A DNA stretch of 62,937 bases, counting the filler, from Craspedostauros australis (taxonomy: Eukaryota): the NCBI GenBank assembly GCA_030167865.1. It is 17 parts of 17 records of this genome, joined end to end, with 100 filler letters (N's around TTAATTAATTAA, not from the genome) between each part and the next. Parts side by side here need not be neighbours in the genome. Positions count along the whole stretch, not along the records: positions 44,936 to 48,482 come from JALAGF010003230.1; positions 48,583 to 49,748 come from JALAGF010003231.1; positions 49,849 to 55,250 come from JALAGF010003232.1; positions 55,351 to 57,079 come from JALAGF010003233.1; positions 57,180 to 58,251 come from JALAGF010003237.1; positions 58,352 to 59,434 come from JALAGF010003238.1; 11 more parts are not named here. One strand, written 5' to 3'. The position numbers and the translations under genes are program-made. The notes beneath the pieces were generated by a model that ran no database searches, had not been told where the DNA came from, and worked only from the letters and a program-made list of their open reading frames with translations. This document shows, piece by piece, positions 46,013-58,675 of the stretch. Within the stretch, counting starts at the first letter, position 1. Every line of letters begins with the position of its first letter.

Positions 46013-47187
46013 TCATGGACGCACACGGAGTTTTGGTATCCAATCGATCCTTTCTTGTGAAGTATTATACGAAGACCTTGCGCAAGTTGGTCCACGAGCA
46101 TGGTGCGACCACAGTTCCGAATCAAAGACAGTTGGGACGAAGGTAGTGTCCTAACCGGGAGTAATGTAGGTAGAGTCCGCTGCAGGAGGCCGTTGTAGCT
46201 ACTCAAATAAAGTTGGAGTTGTGCACATTTCTAACTAAGCAACTGTCGCAGGCCCCCGAATGCAGTGTTCGATCCCCACCTTGTGTTCAAGAGTATTGTA
46301 CGTGCGCATTCATGAACTTACTTCCTCACTCTCCAATATTCCAATCGCGCAACCTTCGTAGACACAGCGACTTTCGAGTATCATGTCGCCGTGATTTCCT
46401 GATCAGTGGTCTTCTCCAGCGCATCGAAGCTCATACGTCGGGGAAGAGGACGAGCAGAGCGTGCAATTCGATGGCTTCCCGGAAGGACTCCCATCTCCCG
46501 GCCGGCCCATGACCGCGCTCACATCTTCCCCTCACGTTGTCATCTTCCTGAATTCTCATCATTCCTGTTTGTTCGATGATCCAGTTTCCCAATCAGGAGG
46601 CGCACGTTTGGAAGATACCAGCCACAGTCAACTTGGTGTCAAAGAGTGTCAAGGAGTGTCGCGGATCCTTCAGCCACAAGCCCTTTTCGTGAAACTGGAT
46701 TCATTTGTTCCACGAGTTTCTCTACTTCCGCCATGTTCCACCATTCTTCTGTTGTATAATATTATATTGTATGATTGATCTTGCTTATAATCATTACAGC
46801 AACGGCCGAGTATGGAGAGCACTCTTCTCTCCTCTCCTCTACTCTGCCATATCTGCTATCTTGTGGTGCGTCATACTTTTCTTTGTCTTGAGCAACTGCG
46901 CGCCATGGCAACCTACCCCTTCGCCCATTCATCATCGCGTCTCTGTCTGTCGATGCTCTGCGTAACTTCATCGCTTCGGGTAAGGATGGCGTCGTCAGCT
47001 GTGGTATATTCTTTCCGTCGGTTCTAACACCGGTTCCAGCCAGCGTGTATGGTGAGACATCGTCTGTGCTCAGCTGTCCTGTTGTTGTTCAATTGCGTTG
47101 GCAGAAATGGAGAGGAGCTGGATTCATCTGCTGCGCTCGCGCTCTGTAACCACCACTTTGCTGGACCTGCGTGCTGCGATCATGGAT

Positions 47188-48395
47188 CTAGTTGCTGCCA
47201 CAACCTTCTCCAAAGTCACGGACGCCTCCGGTGCCGAAGTTTCCGCCACGGTACACTACGGTTCCATCGTAGGTCAACACGAGCTCTCTGTTGCCCTCCA
47301 AACCATCGCCGTAGCTGTCCACCATCTCGTAACGCCAGCACAAGGTGGGATCGACGCACACGGTTTGCGTGTCACGTTGGAATTGGCTGTAGTTATCCTC
47401 AAGCCAAAGCACTGCGTCGGTGGCACGGTTTCTCACAGAATGGGTGATGTCACCTGGGAAGCGATCCAATTGGATGTCCACGCGGATCTCCTTGCAGGCG
47501 ACATCGCCACCGCCGTTATCCTCGTCTCCGCTGGTTTCGTCACCGCCGCCATCACCTCCACCGTTGCCGTTGTCGGTGCTGTCCGCTACCACTTTCATGG
47601 CGCCCAACGCATCCACGATGCCTTCTCCGTAGCTACTGTCCTTGCCAGCGGCTCCACGGTCTTCCGCTGTGGACGTCATGGCTTCAAAGAGCTCCTGGGT
47701 GGTCAAATCCTTGTTGTAGCTCTTGAGCAATGCGGCCACACCACTCACGTGTGGGCATGCCTGTGTTCATGAGACGATTTAGTAGAACCAAAAGAGCAGC
47801 GATTGAATGCTTGCAAGAGAGTGAGATCACGCCGAAAGACGAGCGTTCAAGTATCATCATTGTCGTTGTCGTTGTCGTCTCGTCTCGTCTCGTCTCGTCA
47901 TCTTCAATCATCACTCGCAGCATGTACCGCACTTACCATGCTCGTTCCGCTGATCGAGGCATAACGTCCATCATTCCATGTGCTGCGGACGTTGACTCCT
48001 GGTGCAGCGATATCGACGCGGCTGTTGCGAGTTGAGAAGCTGGCCAGTCGCTTGGAAGAGTCCACGGCTGCCACGCTGACGACGATGTCGTACGCCGCTG
48101 GATAGTTGACCGAGTTGCCTTGCGATCCAGAGTTTCCGGCAGCCGCCACAGACAGAACGCCTTCGCTGTACAGCTTCTCGAAGAATTGACGTTCTCGACT
48201 GTTGGAACCACCTCCGCCGAGACTCATGCTGATGATGTCCGCACCAGCGTTTTGGCACTCCGCCGCGGCCTTCATCAGGTCCGAGCTGAAGACTCCACGG
48301 TCGTTGAAAACTCGGACGGTGAAGACATTGGCTCCAGGTGCCACGCCGACGACTCCCACGGTGTTGTCCGAGGCTCCGATCGTTCCAGAGACGTG
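47188..48395 (-). CDS. Subtilisin (S8) serine protease, last two exons (48395-47937, 47760-47188); 5' part beyond the contig end
   Basis: HVSGTIGA, ISMSLGG, AAAGNSG, DIAAPG and GTSM|ACPHVSGVAAL joined across a GTAAGT...CAG intron (47936-47761). C-terminal DSYGDG beta-domain. Confidence 0.93.
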
Positions 48396-48582
48396 CTGTG
48401 GTTCGGAGGAATGTCGATGGAGCGATTGAAAGGTATGAAAGGTATGAAAGGTTTGGTACCGTAACAGCAGTAGCAGCAGCAGNNNNNNNNNNNNNNNNNN
48501 NNNNNNNNNNNNNNNNNNNNNNNNNNTTAATTAATTAANNNNNNNNNNNNNNNNNNNNNNNNNNNNNNNNNNNNNNNNNNNN

Positions 48583-49005
48583 CTCGTCGAATATCTGGTG
48601 CATGGATACTTTCGCATTGGCCGAGTTATTCTTTCGGGAGGTGTTTCCTGACGGCATGGTTGTTGGCGCGTCCTGCTCTCTGTTTGTGTCTCTGTGTGTT
48701 GTGTGTTTTGTCTGCGATTCTGAGATGATGAAATTGGAGACTTCCTGTGTGTGCACCATACAATCACGTATGGATCAAAGCAGCTGCGTGGAGTGGGTGT
48801 TCTTGCTTCTGCTCCGATGAGATTGTGGACATCAGCACGAGTGTCGATGTGAGTGATACTTCACATGTTGGATCTTTTCTTCCCTTCGATTGTTGTTGTT
48901 TCGTGTTCAGATTTTGTGGAGGACTTCTCATTCTGAATTTTCGACTTGATCGACCTAAGCATTTCAAGAGTACTGAGAATGTGTGCTGTACAGCATCCAT
49001 GACTG
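48583..49005 (-). repeat. Apparently identical copy of 44936-45358 (alpha-kinase 5' end and upstream region)
   Basis: The reverse complement matches and the ORF translations are identical. Both segments sit at contig ends. Confidence 0.9.
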
Positions 49006-49854
49006 CCACGCGTTTCTTGGGGCGCAGACGCGACGATTCTGCAGAACACAATTGCCGTTGCTGGATGTTCGATACGGACAAATTTGTTATGGCTGTTGTG
49101 GTCGTTTCGTGTCGTTACACATTGCGCTGCACTAAAACTGCACGCAGCTCCGAGAGGCGATACCTCATCTGACTGGATGTCAAGAACCGAGTTGACGTCA
49201 ATGTGTTCTCATGTGTCGACATTGAAGTTTGGCTTGGGCAAAAAGAAGAGGACACCGAAGCCATTTCGGCACCTGTAAAAGCCACCGAGCAAGATGACGC
49301 CGCGATGGTCCGCCACTTCTCGAAGGAACCGATCTGTGGAGGAACCGCAGGCCGCGACTTTCGCATCAAAAGCGAAGCAGACGCAACACCACCATTCACC
49401 ATCTGTTGTTGTCGCACAACACAAGGCAATACTTCTGCTCTGCGAGTGCTACCTATAAAATGCTATACATACTGCAAAAGGTTCCATTCCATGACATGCA
49501 CCATTATTTTATAGAATAGAATATAATAATACATGCATTAGTTGACGATGCCGTCACCAGCGCTGAAATCGTCGCGAAGCGCAAGCTTCGTGCACAACCT
49601 CGAGACGGCCATAATGGAGCTGACGCAGGACGATGGCGACGAAACCCTGCATTCCGCCCATGCTCAGACCGTTGCCGGCCGCGATGGACTTGCCACCATC
49701 AGCGATGCACCGACGCATGACAGCGACAATGACAGCACGTCCCGTCTGNNNNNNNNNNNNNNNNNNNNNNNNNNNNNNNNNNNNNNNNNNNNTTAATTAA
49801 TTAANNNNNNNNNNNNNNNNNNNNNNNNNNNNNNNNNNNNNNNNNNNNATGATA

Positions 49855-50081
49855 GAACCTTCTGCCAACAACAACGGGTTTTGTGCTGTTGGATCAACGC
49901 GACTGCAATGCACACATAGATCACTCCATAAAACTTAAAATAAGGATCTAACAAAAAATGTAACGGTTAATTATGTATAAAGAGACTATAGGTATTACGA
50001 ATATGTGCTTGGTTTGGATATCGCAGATGAAAAGTTAGAATGTCCATTTCAAAGTGTTGGTCGACTCACTCGAGGGGCTCG
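49855..50081 (-). mobile_element. Putative Tc1/mariner-type terminus, same family as 44211
   Basis: The minus strand reads TA-CGAGCCCCTC-GAGTGAGTCGACCAAC...TTTAAGTTTTATGGA, with the same 147-nt span between the two blocks. Confidence 0.55.
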
Positions 50082-52174
50082 TATGGTAGGTCGTACACGT
50101 GTGGCGCCTTCGTAGGAGGCTTGTTAGCCTGCTGTTCCAATTGTCCATGGACCAAAACGAACTGAAGGCTCGAGACGATGACAGCTTGGCGTGAATGGTG
50201 CGTCCCGATCTACTCGCGCTAGGTCATCGATGTGATCTGCAGCGACATCTTGCGAATGAGCGTTGACGGAAGCGTGATACAGATGGAGGTTGGGGGAGAA
50301 GGTACCAGAATACCATCTACTCTTCCACGCCGCATTCCGCATTCCGCTTCTACCATTGTGGCTTGTGGCTTCTGCCATTGTGGCTTGTAGATCGTCGTGC
50401 ATTCAAAAATACCCCATGAAAATTGCGGAGTGCTGGGGCGATTCATGTGCGGTGCAATCACGATAGAGTCGGTGGGAGCCACAGGGGTCCTATTTGAGCG
50501 AGTGTTTGTGTGGCTGCCAAGTATTATCCTCTATGCAGAGTTGTGAGAATCATGTGCGATTGCTCCTCCAAAGCGTTTACTGGCACACGCGCACTCACAG
50601 TGGACAGCATTTAGCATTCGTATCAGCATGGTTCTGGTGCAGCTCGTAGAGAGCACAATCAAACCGTGAATGCTCATGGAGGAGCTGGTGCGCGTAGGGC
50701 ACTTATCAACGGAGTCGAAGCCAGATAATGGGGTGGAACCCCAACTATTCGTAGTTTCGGACACCTTGTGCGAGATGCTTTTGGAAGCGACAATGGCGAT
50801 GATGGCTCGCACTGCACGGAGTGGCTTTGGTGATGCGTGTGATACAGGTGGCAATGGTCGGTCCCCCAAGCACGACATCATCACGCACCGTCACGGCGCC
50901 GCCTCTTCAAACCATCACATCATCCAAACATCCTGTAAGGCGGCGTGGAGCGAAGCTCAAACGCCTTTCGGTCATCTCCCTCCCATTGACCGATTGTGAC
51001 ATCCGCAACAATCACAACATAACCTCGAATAGCATTGGCGTGGAGATAAGTGCCGACCACATCCAGATGGCGAATTGTTACCGTTGCGGTCATGGATGGA
51101 ATGGCCCTGGCGATGGTGCGCGTTTGAAGTTCGTTTGTGTGTGGTCACAATCGTTCTGCTTTGCGATGATTGTGACGTTCCAGCAGTTTCCAGCGACTTC
51201 CCACTGTTCCACACAGCCCCGACAATTAAGCGACGAAACTGTTGCACTTGTTTCACTACCCGAACCTACGCAGTCACAAGTTAGTCGCCCTGCGACGTTC
51301 TCCCAAAGGTGATCCAATTAGAGACACGCACAGTTGGCGGACATCAGGCTATTTAGCCAAACAGACAACACTTATCCTTGTCACAACACAGACATCGAAT
51401 CACTCGAGGGTTTCGCGCGTTAGTGAACGAAGTGACAATCTGTGTGACCAAAGTCATCAAAGGGGCTTGCACCCGACATTTGATCTAACCTGCGATGACA
51501 ACAGCGCGAGTATGATGTGTCCGCGGCCACAAATTGTTCTCATCACCAACCGCGCACGAAGACCCGCAAATACGCTCACTCGGTGAAAAGCGGTTGTTCA
51601 TCACGCTCCGTTCCACCAAAATGCAAAGTGTTGTGTTGTGAATGCGCTCTCAGGTGGGAGAACGGCGTTCATGCGCGGAGCAAAGGGAAGAAGTGTTTTT
51701 CGTGAAGCGTTTCTTCCGTTGTGCCAACCACGCTTTACACGAGATGGGGGTTTCGTGGGCGGAATCCGCGCTGTGCCACACCGCACGTGGAGATCGCACG
51801 GCAGAGCAACCGCACATCGGATCACAACAATGGACCAAAGTTGTGAGCGTGTGGGATGGTTCTGCTCCCTCACTCTCTTCTTTTCCGGACCAGAGGAGAT
51901 CACAGCAAACTCCCACAAATCACGACGCACAAAAGTTCCCAACCCACAAACAAACCAAACCAAACCAAACCAAACTGAACCAAGGCCACAGCGTAGCAGA
52001 CCGCACGAAGGACGCCAACAAGCAGGGGCAGACGAGAACATAAAACAAACAAGCCGCCCTCACAAACCAGAAGCTTTCGGCCATCAACCTTTGTGCCACA
52101 AAACAGAAGCATCAACATCATCAGCAACATCATCAGCAACATCACCACCAACATCATCACCAACACAACGCAAG

Positions 52175-53593
52175 ATGCTGCCCGTCAAAAGAAACGCACC
52201 AAACAATCAGGAGGACATCGCAACAGACCGTTGCCATGGCCTGAAGCGACGCAAGCGCAACACATCAGACTCATCGCATCTCCGCCTTACCTCGCCATTG
52301 CGACAGCAGCAACATGGCCGCTCCTTCCGCAAGCAGCAACATCAGCAGCAGCGACAGCAACCACCACATGATGGCCAGAGTCGCGGCTGCAGCATCAACA
52401 ACGTCAGCGCCAATGCGACAGGCCACATCCACAATGTTGGCAACAACATCGATCGCTTCCTGGATTCCCAGATGGTGATCTCGAACAACAAGGGTGCGTA
52501 CTTCCTGCTCATGCAGCACGACACTGCCTTGGCGGTGAACTGCCTGCGCGTGGCGGTGGAAACGGTGGAGGAACGGATGCGACGCCACTCTGCTGCTGCT
52601 GCAACCTCTGTCCCTGCTGTAGAACGCAACGGATCAACCGCCGAGGCCGGCAGCAACAGCAACAACAACAATAACAACACCCCACAAACCGATTCGCCGA
52701 CGAGAGAGGAAGTGGCAGACGAGTCAAGCTCAAGAGCCGACGCTGACGACAACGGCGCTGTGAAAGCAGAAGACCGAAGCGAATGCAATTCCATCAACAA
52801 TGCGGACATCGACAACAAACACAAGCGAACCTTCAGCTGCATGATGTCCGCCGATCCATCATCTTCATCGACACCCAACTCACGAAGAGGAGAAGGCCAC
52901 CAGCACCAGCAGGAACAACGACAAGGACAATCACAAGGACAGCAACGACCAGCTGCGGGGCAGTCGACGCCATTGCCATCTGGCAACGACCACGACAACC
53001 CGCTCGATTGCGGCTTTTGGAAACGCAACAGCCACATCAACAGCAACATCAACGGCAACGCCAACGGCAGCAGCAACGGCAGTTCCAGCAAAGCATTCAT
53101 CTTCGAGAATGTGATTGCGCTGATGCATTACGATGCCACCAAGATCATCCCGTCGGCCTACCTTTGCACCATCGCCATCATCGCGCACTACAACCTCGCT
53201 TTGGCCTACCACATGCACGGGCTGCGGTGCAATGACCGCAGATCATTGTCAAAGGCGCTGGAACACTACGAGATATCGTACAAGTACCAGATGAAGAAGC
53301 ACATCACCAACGACAACGCCAATGCCAACGACGGCGGCGCACCATCCCGGCTGCTCGTCCGACCGCAGCTGGCCATGTCCATCCTGAACAACATCGGGAC
53401 CATCCACCAGCATCTGGGCAACGCGCCGCAATCGACGTTGTTCTTCCAGTACCTCCTCTCCACCATGACCTTGCTCCAGGAACGCACACTCTCCTCGTCT
53501 TCATCGGCCGAGTGGAAGTCAACCTGGGATGGGTTCTGGTGGAACGTCTCGCAGGTTGTGTTGAAGCAAGGTCTCACCGCCAACGCGGCATGA
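52175..53593 (+). CDS. TPR-like helical protein of a diatom-expanded family (about 472 aa)
   Basis: SNNKGA..L, FIFENVI, HYNLALAYHMHG, LSKALEHYE, ILNNIGTIHQHLG and GFWWN...ANAA terminus. Basic NLS-like KRRKR. The upstream in-frame extension from GTG 51638 looks like UTR. Confidence 0.8.
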   Translation: MLPVKRNAPNNQEDIATDRCHGLKRRKRNTSDSSHLRLTSPLRQQQHGRSFRKQQHQQQRQQPPHDGQSRGCSINNVSANATGHIHNVGNNIDRFLDSQMVISNNKGAYFLLMQHDTALAVNCLRVAVETVEERMRRHSAAAATSVPAVERNGSTAEAGSNSNNNNNNTPQTDSPTREEVADESSSRADADDNGAVKAEDRSECNSINNADIDNKHKRTFSCMMSADPSSSSTPNSRRGEGHQHQQEQRQGQSQGQQRPAAGQSTPLPSGNDHDNPLDCGFWKRNSHINSNINGNANGSSNGSSSKAFIFENVIALMHYDATKIIPSAYLCTIAIIAHYNLALAYHMHGLRCNDRRSLSKALEHYEISYKYQMKKHITNDNANANDGGAPSRLLVRPQLAMSILNNIGTIHQHLGNAPQSTLFFQYLLSTMTLLQERTLSSSSSAEWKSTWDGFWWNVSQVVLKQGLTANAA

Positions 53594-53687
53594 GTCGCTG
53601 TTGAGGTTGAAACGCTGGCGCACGTGCGTATGTATGGTATTGGGCAAGAGAAGAAGGAAAGTTGCAGCAACCACCAGCGACAACGAC

Positions 53688-53734
53688 CAGCGACAGCGAC
53701 CAGCGACAGCGACCAGCGACAGCGACCAGCGACA
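53688..53734 (+). repeat. 13-bp tandem repeat (CAGCGACAGCGAC), about 3.5 units
   Basis: Read directly from the sequence. Confidence 0.8.
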
Positions 53735-55572
53735 TCACCAGCAGCGATAACCAACAGCGACAGCGCCAATGACAATGACAGTAAGAGTGAACGCATGGGA
53801 GAATAGGGGGCAATGGTATTGCGGTATCATGGGCGAGTGCAAAGGAGAGGAGTTGAACCGGAAGCTGGATGAAAGGGAAGGGACTTCCACATGCGTTCAC
53901 AAGTGTAATAGGAATGCTTGATATCTTCACTGCCAGTGCGCGTACCAGTACTCCACTCTACTTTTTAGAAAGCGACGAGTTTCCGCCAACTTCTCCACGT
54001 CCTGCGTTCACTCTATTCAGCGCCCGCTGTGCGGTAGCGGCGCCAATGACGCTGTCATCCACGGCCAAGGTCAGGACAGTGCTTTATTGCGTCAGTGGTG
54101 CCATGTGCAGGCACGATCATTGCCGCCCTCGGTGGTATCACCAATCTCAAAGGGAACTGGCGGAGCAGAAACGGAAACATGATATTATTGATCATGACAA
54201 TCGAGGCCAGAGCGCCAACAGACAAGAGAAGAGGAGAGAAGAGTACGCGTGAAGCATCATTGTCTCCCTTCGGCCTGCTTTGATTCGCTCTGCTTCTGTC
54301 CTGCTGTGTTCGATACCATGTGTCGAGGAGTCACTCTGCTGTTCGCAATTCGCTCACGCGGGTGAGTATAGCATTAAATGATGCGTATGGTGGAAGAGGA
54401 GACGAGTAGATGTGTGAGTGTGAGCGCATGTGTGCGTGTGCCAGATCGTCACCCCTCGGGAGTCACTTGTCTGCAGAGAGAGAGAGAGAGAGAGGAAGCG
54501 CCTCGGGTTCCTTGAGGTTGCAGCGACAAGAGGATCGAGAATGGCCATGGGCGACAGCGAACCCGTTTCCGACAAACCATAATCTCGTGGAGCGGATCAA
54601 TTGTTGTGCCACCACTCTCCTGCTGGTTGCGATGGTACTCTCCATAATTTCGTTCCGTGGCAACTCTTGTGGTATTGTACCCTGGGAGTCATCGTAAAAG
54701 TTACAAAATAAAATAGTTTGTATTTAGGTCACGAATTATCAACGTTTCGTCACAGTCGAGTAAATCGACAACGGCAATCCATTTGGTGGTCGGATCGCGA
54801 CTGTGGCAAGTCAGGTTTGTTGTGTTCGTTACTGTTGCTACTATCGGTGTTGGCTTATTCTAGTAGCGCACTGACTTGGTTCTGTTTGTTTGTGGGTGTT
54901 GTTGTTGATGTGTGTGTGTCTTGGTTGGTGCTCATTTGTTGCCCATTGTGCGCTTTTCACTGCCTGGTGTGTTGTTGAGCGAGCATCCTCTTGCAACATG
55001 AACTTGGTTGGGGCTCATGCATGCACTGTTGATGCAAGTCCATCCTCAGAGACAGCAGCTGAATGAACTCCTGTTGTGACAGATCTTGGAACACCATCCA
55101 TTCGTTGGTGTACAGAATCGTTTCGGCTCAGCACATTGTCATTCTCGCGACGATGGACAAACCCAGCAGTGGGGGCTTGTGGCATGTCCGAGATTGAGAA
55201 GGTGGTGTTGTCAATGTTGGTTGCTGCTGCGCGCTGCTGCTCCACCATGCNNNNNNNNNNNNNNNNNNNNNNNNNNNNNNNNNNNNNNNNNNNNTTAATT
55301 AATTAANNNNNNNNNNNNNNNNNNNNNNNNNNNNNNNNNNNNNNNNNNNNGTCTGGGTGACAAAATCGTTCTTGGGTGTCGAATTAGTCGTACTAGTCGA
55401 GTTTCCGTTTCCTTTGCTTTTTGCTGGGTGTCCCAGAACGCAATGCACCTCGCGCCCACTTTTCTGCTAGAGACAGGCAAGCTACGATCAGGAATCTTTT
55501 CCGCAACTCCAGCGCTAATCAATACCATCTCTCATAAATATTAGCGAACAACATTGATTCACTCACTCAGTC

Positions 55573-55875
55573 CTATTGACAGAGGGACTCGATACACTCC
55601 AGGTGGCCGTTGCGGCATGCGAAATGAAGGGGAGTGGAACCATAGCTGTTTTGGCAGTTGATGTTCGCCTCACATGATTTGATGAGGTACTTGACACACT
55701 CCAGGTGGCCGTTGTTGCATGCCCAATGAAGGGGAATCCAACCACTCCATTGTGTAACCTTGTTGATGCCAACTCCTTCATTCTGCACCTCGTTCTGCTT
55801 CTTCCATTCCTTCAACACCGACAAGTCACCTGCCCTGGCAGCATCAATGAGTTGTTGGTCTGTGACATTCGGCAT
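55573..55875 (-). CDS. Ankyrin-repeat protein (N-cap plus 2 repeats), same family as 33999; probably truncated by an insertion at 55581
   Basis: LIDAARAGDL, PLHWACNNGHLECVKYLIKSCEANINCQNSYGSTPLHFACRNGHLECIESL. Scaffold codons are nearly identical to the 33999 repeats. Confidence 0.85.
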   Translation of the reverse strand: MPNVTDQQLIDAARAGDLSVLKEWKKQNEVQNEGVGINKVTQWSGWIPLHWACNNGHLECVKYLIKSCEANINCQNSYGSTPLHFACRNGHLECIESLCQ

Positions 55876-56304
55876 TTTGAGGGGATGGTCGATGGCGTTG
55901 GATTGGCTGTTGAGGAAGCGCGTAGTCTGAGCTATCTATGGCCGAGATATCGATCATGTGTCTTCAATAGGTTGTATTAGTATTTGGATGCGTACCATGC
56001 ACTGTGTGGTATCTCGATGTCTGTTGCTGATGTGCTCGAGTATGGGAGTGAATGGTGTGTGTTGTCGTGGGTGTTTCGAATGCGATCCCGAGGTCCCGTC
56101 ACTCAAACGAGTCGTACGAGTGAAGAGCGATTCGCGACTCCACTTTGTCGCGTGTGTGTGTATCCTTGACTCAGAAATGTTCGCCATCTACGTTCGCTCA
56201 GATTCTCCCTCGAGAAGACAGGAACACACATTGCACAAACTTCGACCCAAACACAATACGTACTCTTCTCGAGAGTAAACATCATACGACTCCCTTGCTC
56301 GACG

Positions 56305-57079
56305 ATGATCAGATCGCATTGCCTCGTCGCATGCTATGCGTTCGCATGCTGTCTTTCAACAAGCATTGCGTTCGTTCCTTCATTGCCTTCATGGCCTTCA
56401 TCAGCTTCGATAGTAGGCCACGAGGCTCATGGGGATGCTGGTGCTTGCGCCGCTCGGAGACTTCCTTCGTTGCGCCTGGCAGCCAAGCAAGAGATCACCT
56501 TTGATGCGCTGGACGGAAAGAATGTCCTGGTGGTCGGTGGATCGGGACGTGTGGGCGGAAGCGTCGCGGCGCAGCTGCTGAAGCGAGGGTCGGCGGCCAC
56601 CGTGGGTGGCACCAGCGTCGATTCCTTCCTCGCGGCGCAGCAACGCTGGCGCACCAGCTTCCCCAACCTGCTGGTGGACGATGTGTAATTCCAGGCTCTG
56701 GACCGCGAGGAGGAGCAATCCGTCGCATCGGTGCTGCAGCGGGGCAGCTACGATATGTGTGTCCACACGGCCGGTCCCTTCCAAGGCAAGGTCAAGACAC
56801 CCAACGGTGTTATCGCGGCCTGCGTGTCCAACAGCGTTGCTTACATCGACGTCTGCGATGACTATTGCACAGGCTCTGCCGCCAAGGCGAAGTACAATGC
56901 CAAGGCCATCGAATCCAACGTCCCTTGCATCATCAGCACCGGATGCTGGCGAGGCATATCCAGTCTCATGGCCAAGTAGCTCGTGCGGCAAGTCCTGCAG
57001 CAAACCAAGAACCTCAAGCCGGCCAATCTCAATGTCGATTTCGGGTTCTTTACAGCGGGATCGGGCGGTGCCGGAGCAA
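56305..57079 (+). pseudogene. Plastid saccharopine-dehydrogenase-like oxidoreductase (At1g50450/HBFD-like) with two premature stops, 3'-truncated by the contig end
   Basis: A single frame reads signal + IAFVP, VLVVGGSGRVG, *56686-56688, VHTAGPFQ, YIDVCDD, GCWRGISSLMAK, *56977-56979 and FFTAGSGGAG. Confidence 0.88.
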
Positions 57080-57179
57080 NNNNNNNNNNNNNNNNNNNNN
57101 NNNNNNNNNNNNNNNNNNNNNNNTTAATTAATTAANNNNNNNNNNNNNNNNNNNNNNNNNNNNNNNNNNNNNNNNNNNN

Positions 57180-57503
57180 GAGGAGGACCATGAACTGACG
57201 TCCCATGAGGTAGCGATCGAGGTTGTCACCCTTGTGGGCGAGGGAGGTGCACTGGTGGGCGGTGGGGTGGGATTCGACGTAGAGGTCGCGGTCGACTGGT
57301 GGGAGACCGACGAGGGAACCCTGTCCTCCCTCAACCATGTTGAGCCACACGAGGGCCGTGATCATGANNNNNNNNNNNNNNNNNNNNNNNNNNNNNNNNN
57401 NNACCTTGGTCTGCTCATTGAAGATGAGTCCGCAGACGATGGTGATCGAGAAGATGAGGAGTCCGGTGGAGTACACCGACTTGACGAGCTGAACGGGATC
57501 CAT
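57180..57503 (-). CDS. SIT: Silicon transporter, N-terminal fragment (copy 1)
   Basis: YSTGLLIFSITIVCGLIF..QTK, WLNMVEGGQGSLVGLPPV, ESHP and GDNLDRYLMGRQFMV, including both N-terminal GXQ motifs. Confidence 0.96.
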
Positions 57504-58351
57504 CTTGTTTGTTTGTTGTTGTTGTTGTTGTGTTGATACTCTGGTTGTTGCTGTGATTGAGCGTTGCAGGGATTGCAAGATTTGAGATTGTGAGATGAAG
57601 GAGGAGTGAAGAGTGGAAGTCGATTTGAGTTGACGATCTTTGTTGGCGTTTGTGTGTTGTTTGTGTGGCGTTTGACTTGTGATAGTGCGTGTTATTGACA
57701 CCGTCGATACCGTTGACACCGTTGACACTGTTGATACCGTTGTCGGAGTTGTGGATGTTCTCGTTGCGGTGGAGTGGAGATGGTGTGGATACCCCACTCC
57801 ACACTTCTCCAATGTTCCTATTTCTCGGACTACAGCAGAGAAGATACTCACCTTTACCTTCAGCGCAACTCACCTTCACCCATGTTCGGTAGAAAACAAA
57901 CATGAAAGATGAAAGATGAAACATCAGCGATGGTTTGGCTCCGCATCTTTGATTTTGGTGGGTTGCGGACTGTCATTGTTGCTGCCATTGTTCTGTGTTT
58001 TGATGATCGTCTTCACCTTTGTGGCGGAATTTGTGAGCACGTTTGACTTTGGCGACAGCGTGCCATGCTTTCCAAGATTGACCGGTGTGTCGTGCGACAT
58101 CGTGTCTGGCCTAAATGGCCGTTGGAGACAAGATCCCACTACTGGGTCGATGTGGTCGAATGGACGCGCACGCTCGTTTGTGGGATCGGTCCTGCTCGGT
58201 GTCACGTTTTGAGAGAGCGGAGTGATGCCAATCACAACGGATCATCCGCATNNNNNNNNNNNNNNNNNNNNNNNNNNNNNNNNNNNNNNNNNNNNTTAAT
58301 TAATTAANNNNNNNNNNNNNNNNNNNNNNNNNNNNNNNNNNNNNNNNNNNN

Positions 58352-58675
58352 GAGGAGGACCATGAACTGACGTCCCATGAGGTAGCGATCGAGGTTGTCA
58401 CCCTTGTGGGCGAGGGAGGTGCACTGGTGGGCGGTGGGGTGGGATTCGACGTAGAGGTCGCGGTCGACTGGTGGGAGACCGACGAGGGAACCCTGTCCTC
58501 CCTCAACCATGTTGAGCCACACGAGGGCCGTGATCATGANNNNNNNNNNNNNNNNNNNNNNNNNNNNNNNNNNNACCTTGGTCTGCTCATTGAAGATGAG
58601 TCCGCAGACGATGGTGATCGAGAAGATGAGGAGTCCGGTGGAGTACACCGACTTGACGAGCTGAACGGGATCCAT
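58352..58675 (-). CDS. SIT: Silicon transporter, N-terminal fragment (copy 2)
   Basis: Same translation as copy 1. The contigs differ only by about 3 upstream SNPs and an 11-bp indel. Confidence 0.96.

Noticed and set aside
48583..49005. Inverted repeat around the alpha-kinase/subtilisin region
   Set aside because: The two arms are on separate contigs; this is most likely an assembly overlap or allelic copy.
49925..50071. Point-centromere-like or snRNA-promoter reading of the 147-nt block-AT-block element
   Set aside because: No snRNA follows it, homology extends beyond the blocks, and both copies end at a TA, which fits a transposon end better.
56686..56979. TAA/TAG reassigned to Gln (alternative genetic code)
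   Set aside because: Conserved genes here terminate normally at TAG (CRTISO, GT32, subtilisin), and long ORFs have no internal TAR codons.
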